Source: Clostridiales bacterium (GTDB lineage: Bacteria > Bacillota > Clostridia > Peptostreptococcales > Anaerovoracaceae). From it: a DNA stretch of 44,770 nt. Of this stretch, positions 42,877 through 44,770 are shown one piece after another; the first letter of the stretch is position 1, and each line of letters begins with the position of its first letter. Position numbers and translations under genes: made by a program. The notes beneath the pieces are model-generated. The model was not told the origin of the DNA and did not search any database. It saw only the letters and a program-made list of their open reading frames with translations. The stretch is taken from the NCBI GenBank assembly GCA_012511395.1, contig JAAZGD010000057.1, positions 1 to 44,770 of the forward strand, in the 5' to 3' direction.

Positions 42877-44154
42877 ATGGAAAAATATGACTGTATGATA
42901 AGAATATTGGAACAGGAATTGGTGCCGGCCATGGGCTGTACTGAACCTGCCGCCGTGGCTTATGCCGCTAACTTAGCTAAAACTGCCCTTTCAGATATCC
43001 CCGATAAAGTGATTGTGACAACATCGGGGAATATTGTTAAAAATGTGAAAGGTGTGGTAATCCCTAATTCGGGGGGTCTAAAGGGTTTAAAGGCATCCTG
43101 TATTCTTGGGGTGGTAGCTCCTGATTCGGGAGGTGAGCTTGATATTCTTGAGAAGCTTTCAGAACAGGAAATTATTAAAGCAAATGAACTTTTGGAAACA
43201 GATTTTTGTGAAACCAGATTGGAAGAGAATGAAGGTCCGCTATATATAATGGTTACAGCAGAAAAAAATGGCCACTGGGCAACAGCTGTAATTAAGGGAG
43301 GCCATACTGATGTAATGCTGATTAAGAAGGATGAAGAGATTATCTTTAAAAGTGAGCCCACGGTGGAACAGGATACAGGCTCCGCAGACGACTGTCTCAG
43401 TGTAAAAGACATAGTCGCCTTTGCTTCTGAAGGTGATATTTCTGCTGTAATTCCCTTGTTGGACAGACAGATTAAACTGAATACTGAAATTTCCGATGAA
43501 GGGATGAACAGGGAATACGGAGCTGCAATAGGCAGAATGCTGAAGGAAGAAAATCCTGATGATATTAGAATAAGAGCGAAGGCAAAAGCGGCAGCAGGAG
43601 CTGATGCAAGAATGGGCGGAAGCCCTATGCCTGTAATCATTAATTCGGGCTCGGGGAACCAGGGCATTACAGTAACTGTTCCTGTAGTTGAATATGCTAA
43701 GGAGCTTAATGCATCAAAGGAAAAACTTTACAGAGCTTTAATCATCAGCAATCTTGTATCTGTACATATTAAAAGGCATATAGGAAAGCTCTCCGCCTTC
43801 TGCGGTGCAGTTTCTGCAGCCTCCGGGGCAGGAGCTGCCATAACCTTCTTAAAGGGGGGCGGCTATGAAGAAATAGCGGCTACCATAACCTCCACCATAG
43901 CAAATGTAAGCGGTATATTCTGCGATGGGGCAAAGGCCTCATGTGCGGTAAAAATTGCCTCTGCCCTTGATGCTGCCATTATGGCAGACACCTTAACACA
44001 GATGGAAAAAACTTTCTCCGAAGGTGACGGCATTGTAAGCTGCGATGTGGAACAGACCATAAGGAATTTAGGGGATGTAGGCGGTAAGGGAATGAGAGAA
44101 ACTGATGTTGAGATTATCAAGGCTATGTCCAAGCCTTGCGATAAACAGGAATAA
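42877..44154 (+). CDS. UPF0597 / serine-dehydratase-alpha-like protein (L-cysteine desulfidase family)
   Basis: The motifs MGCTEPAAVAYAA, NSGSGNQG and FCDGAKASCA are typical of the YhaM/CyuA-type family. Confidence 0.75.
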   Translation: MEKYDCMIRILEQELVPAMGCTEPAAVAYAANLAKTALSDIPDKVIVTTSGNIVKNVKGVVIPNSGGLKGLKASCILGVVAPDSGGELDILEKLSEQEIIKANELLETDFCETRLEENEGPLYIMVTAEKNGHWATAVIKGGHTDVMLIKKDEEIIFKSEPTVEQDTGSADDCLSVKDIVAFASEGDISAVIPLLDRQIKLNTEISDEGMNREYGAAIGRMLKEENPDDIRIRAKAKAAAGADARMGGSPMPVIINSGSGNQGITVTVPVVEYAKELNASKEKLYRALIISNLVSVHIKRHIGKLSAFCGAVSAASGAGAAITFLKGGGYEEIAATITSTIANVSGIFCDGAKASCAVKIASALDAAIMADTLTQMEKTFSEGDGIVSCDVEQTIRNLGDVGGKGMRETDVEIIKAMSKPCDKQE

Positions 44155-44175
44155 ACAGAAGACGAGGATAACATA

Positions 44176-44770
44176 ATGCAAAACAATTTGGCTAAAACAT
44201 ATAGCCCTGAAGACTTTGAACATAGAATATATGAGATGTGGGAGAAAAGCGGAGTTTTCTCAACGAAAAGGGATCCTGATAAAAAGCCCTTTACCATAAG
44301 CATGCCCCCTCCCAATATAACGGGGCAGCTCCATATGGGCCATGCTCTTGATCAAACTCTGCAGGATGTTCTTATAAGGTACAAAAGGCTTAAGGGATTT
44401 GCCAGCCTTTGGGTGCCGGGCTCTGACCATGCCAGCATTGCAACAGAAGTTAAGGTGGTGGAGAGGATTAGAGAAGAAGGCCTTGAAAAGCAGGATATAG
44501 GAAGAGAGGAATTCCTTAAAAGAGCCTGGCAGTGGAAAGAGGAATATGGCGGAATAATTACTCAGCAGTGCAGAAGGCTGGGAGATTCCTGCGATTGGCA
44601 CAGGGAACGGTTTACCATGGATGAGGGCTGCAATATTGCAGTTACGGAATTCTTTATAAGGCTCTATGAAAAGGGTTTGATTTACAGAGGAAACCGTATA
44701 ATCAACTGGTGTCCCACCTGCGGTTCAGCTTTGTCCGATGCGGAGGTTGAACATGAAGATGTAAAGGGGC
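44176..44770 (+). CDS. valS: Valine--tRNA ligase, 5' part (runs off the window)
   Basis: It stays open from ATG 44176 to the window end and is not in the supplied track. The sequence [26 protein letters not shown]...[14 protein letters not shown] carries the HIGH motif, followed by [13 protein letters not shown]. Confidence 0.9.
   Translation, partial: MQNNLAKTYSPEDFEHRIYEMWEKSGVFSTKRDPDKKPFTISMPPPNITGQLHMGHALDQTLQDVLIRYKRLKGFASLWVPGSDHASIATEVKVVERIREEGLEKQDIGREEFLKRAWQWKEEYGGIITQQCRRLGDSCDWHRERFTMDEGCNIAVTEFFIRLYEKGLIYRGNRIINWCPTCGSALSDAEVEHEDVKG

Noticed and set aside
42960-43667. 235-aa minus-strand ORF, plus 43863-44315 and 44260-44601, antisense to the UPF0597 gene and valS
   Set aside because: The translations are Ser/Pro/Ile-rich low-complexity sequence. 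They lie fully inside well-supported sense genes and have no ribosome-binding sites.
1-44770. CRISPR arrays, rRNA/tRNA genes, IS elements
   Set aside because: Scanning the intergenic regions showed no regularly spaced direct repeats, no tRNA-like cloverleaf candidates and no transposase-like ORFs with terminal inverted repeats.

Overview
This is a chromosomal segment from a moderately AT-rich anaerobic Firmicute. The gene content, AGGAGG-type Shine-Dalgarno sites, consensus sigma-A promoters, a Cheo-type LexA box and rplS-rbgA-rnhB synteny all look Clostridia-like. I saw no rRNA, tRNA, CRISPR array or IS element.

**Layout**
- **1-17.7 kb, molybdenum island.** It holds a DUF364 protein and a lipoprotein. 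It also holds a single minus-strand operon, modA-modB-modC(in-frame stop)-xdhC-(MobA/MocA-like NTP transferase fused to a histidine phosphatase)-MoeA-like. An HTH+TOBE regulator follows. Next comes a translationally coupled operon of a radical SAM enzyme, a SAM methyltransferase, a C-GCAxxG-C-C protein and a C-terminally truncated PaaK-like ligase. That operon is divergent from a Desulfovibrio-MOP-type aldehyde oxidoreductase, a large Fe-S/flavin/CCG-domain redox protein and a 64-aa zinc-ribbon protein.
- **17.7-22.6 kb.** nrdG, an NrdR-box promoter, nrdD with a fused glutaredoxin-like domain, trxB and a nitroreductase.
- **22.7-27.7 kb, minus strand.** A SufC/SufBD-like pair, then a NifX-like / MBL / 2x MinD-ferredoxin ATPase / NifX-like (frameshifted) cluster.
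- **27.8-29.3 kb.** A LexA-box-controlled Y-family polymerase with a coupled small ORF.
- **29.4-32.4 kb.** A TlpA-like lipoprotein, an unlisted 52-codon CXXC membrane mini-protein, a NapH-like membrane polyferredoxin and an SLH/transglutaminase-like wall protein.
- **32.4-44.8 kb, housekeeping.** proA, an RNase-H-like exonuclease, proB, proC, a Nudix hydrolase, a XerD-like protein lacking the catalytic Tyr, rplS, rbgA, rnhB, fhs, a FolD-like protein lacking cyclohydrolase residues, a UPF0597/cysteine-desulfidase-like protein and the 5' part of valS.

**Best candidate for an undescribed system.** This is the radical-SAM/methyltransferase/C-GCAxxG-C-C/ligase operon embedded in the Mo-cofactor/MOP locus, a possible pterin-cofactor or ligand maturation pathway. 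Two runners-up follow. One is the orphan NifX/MinD-ferredoxin/MBL metallocluster locus. The other is the TlpA / CXXC mini-protein / polyferredoxin extracytoplasmic redox module.

All functional calls rest on motif recognition by eye. No database search was possible.
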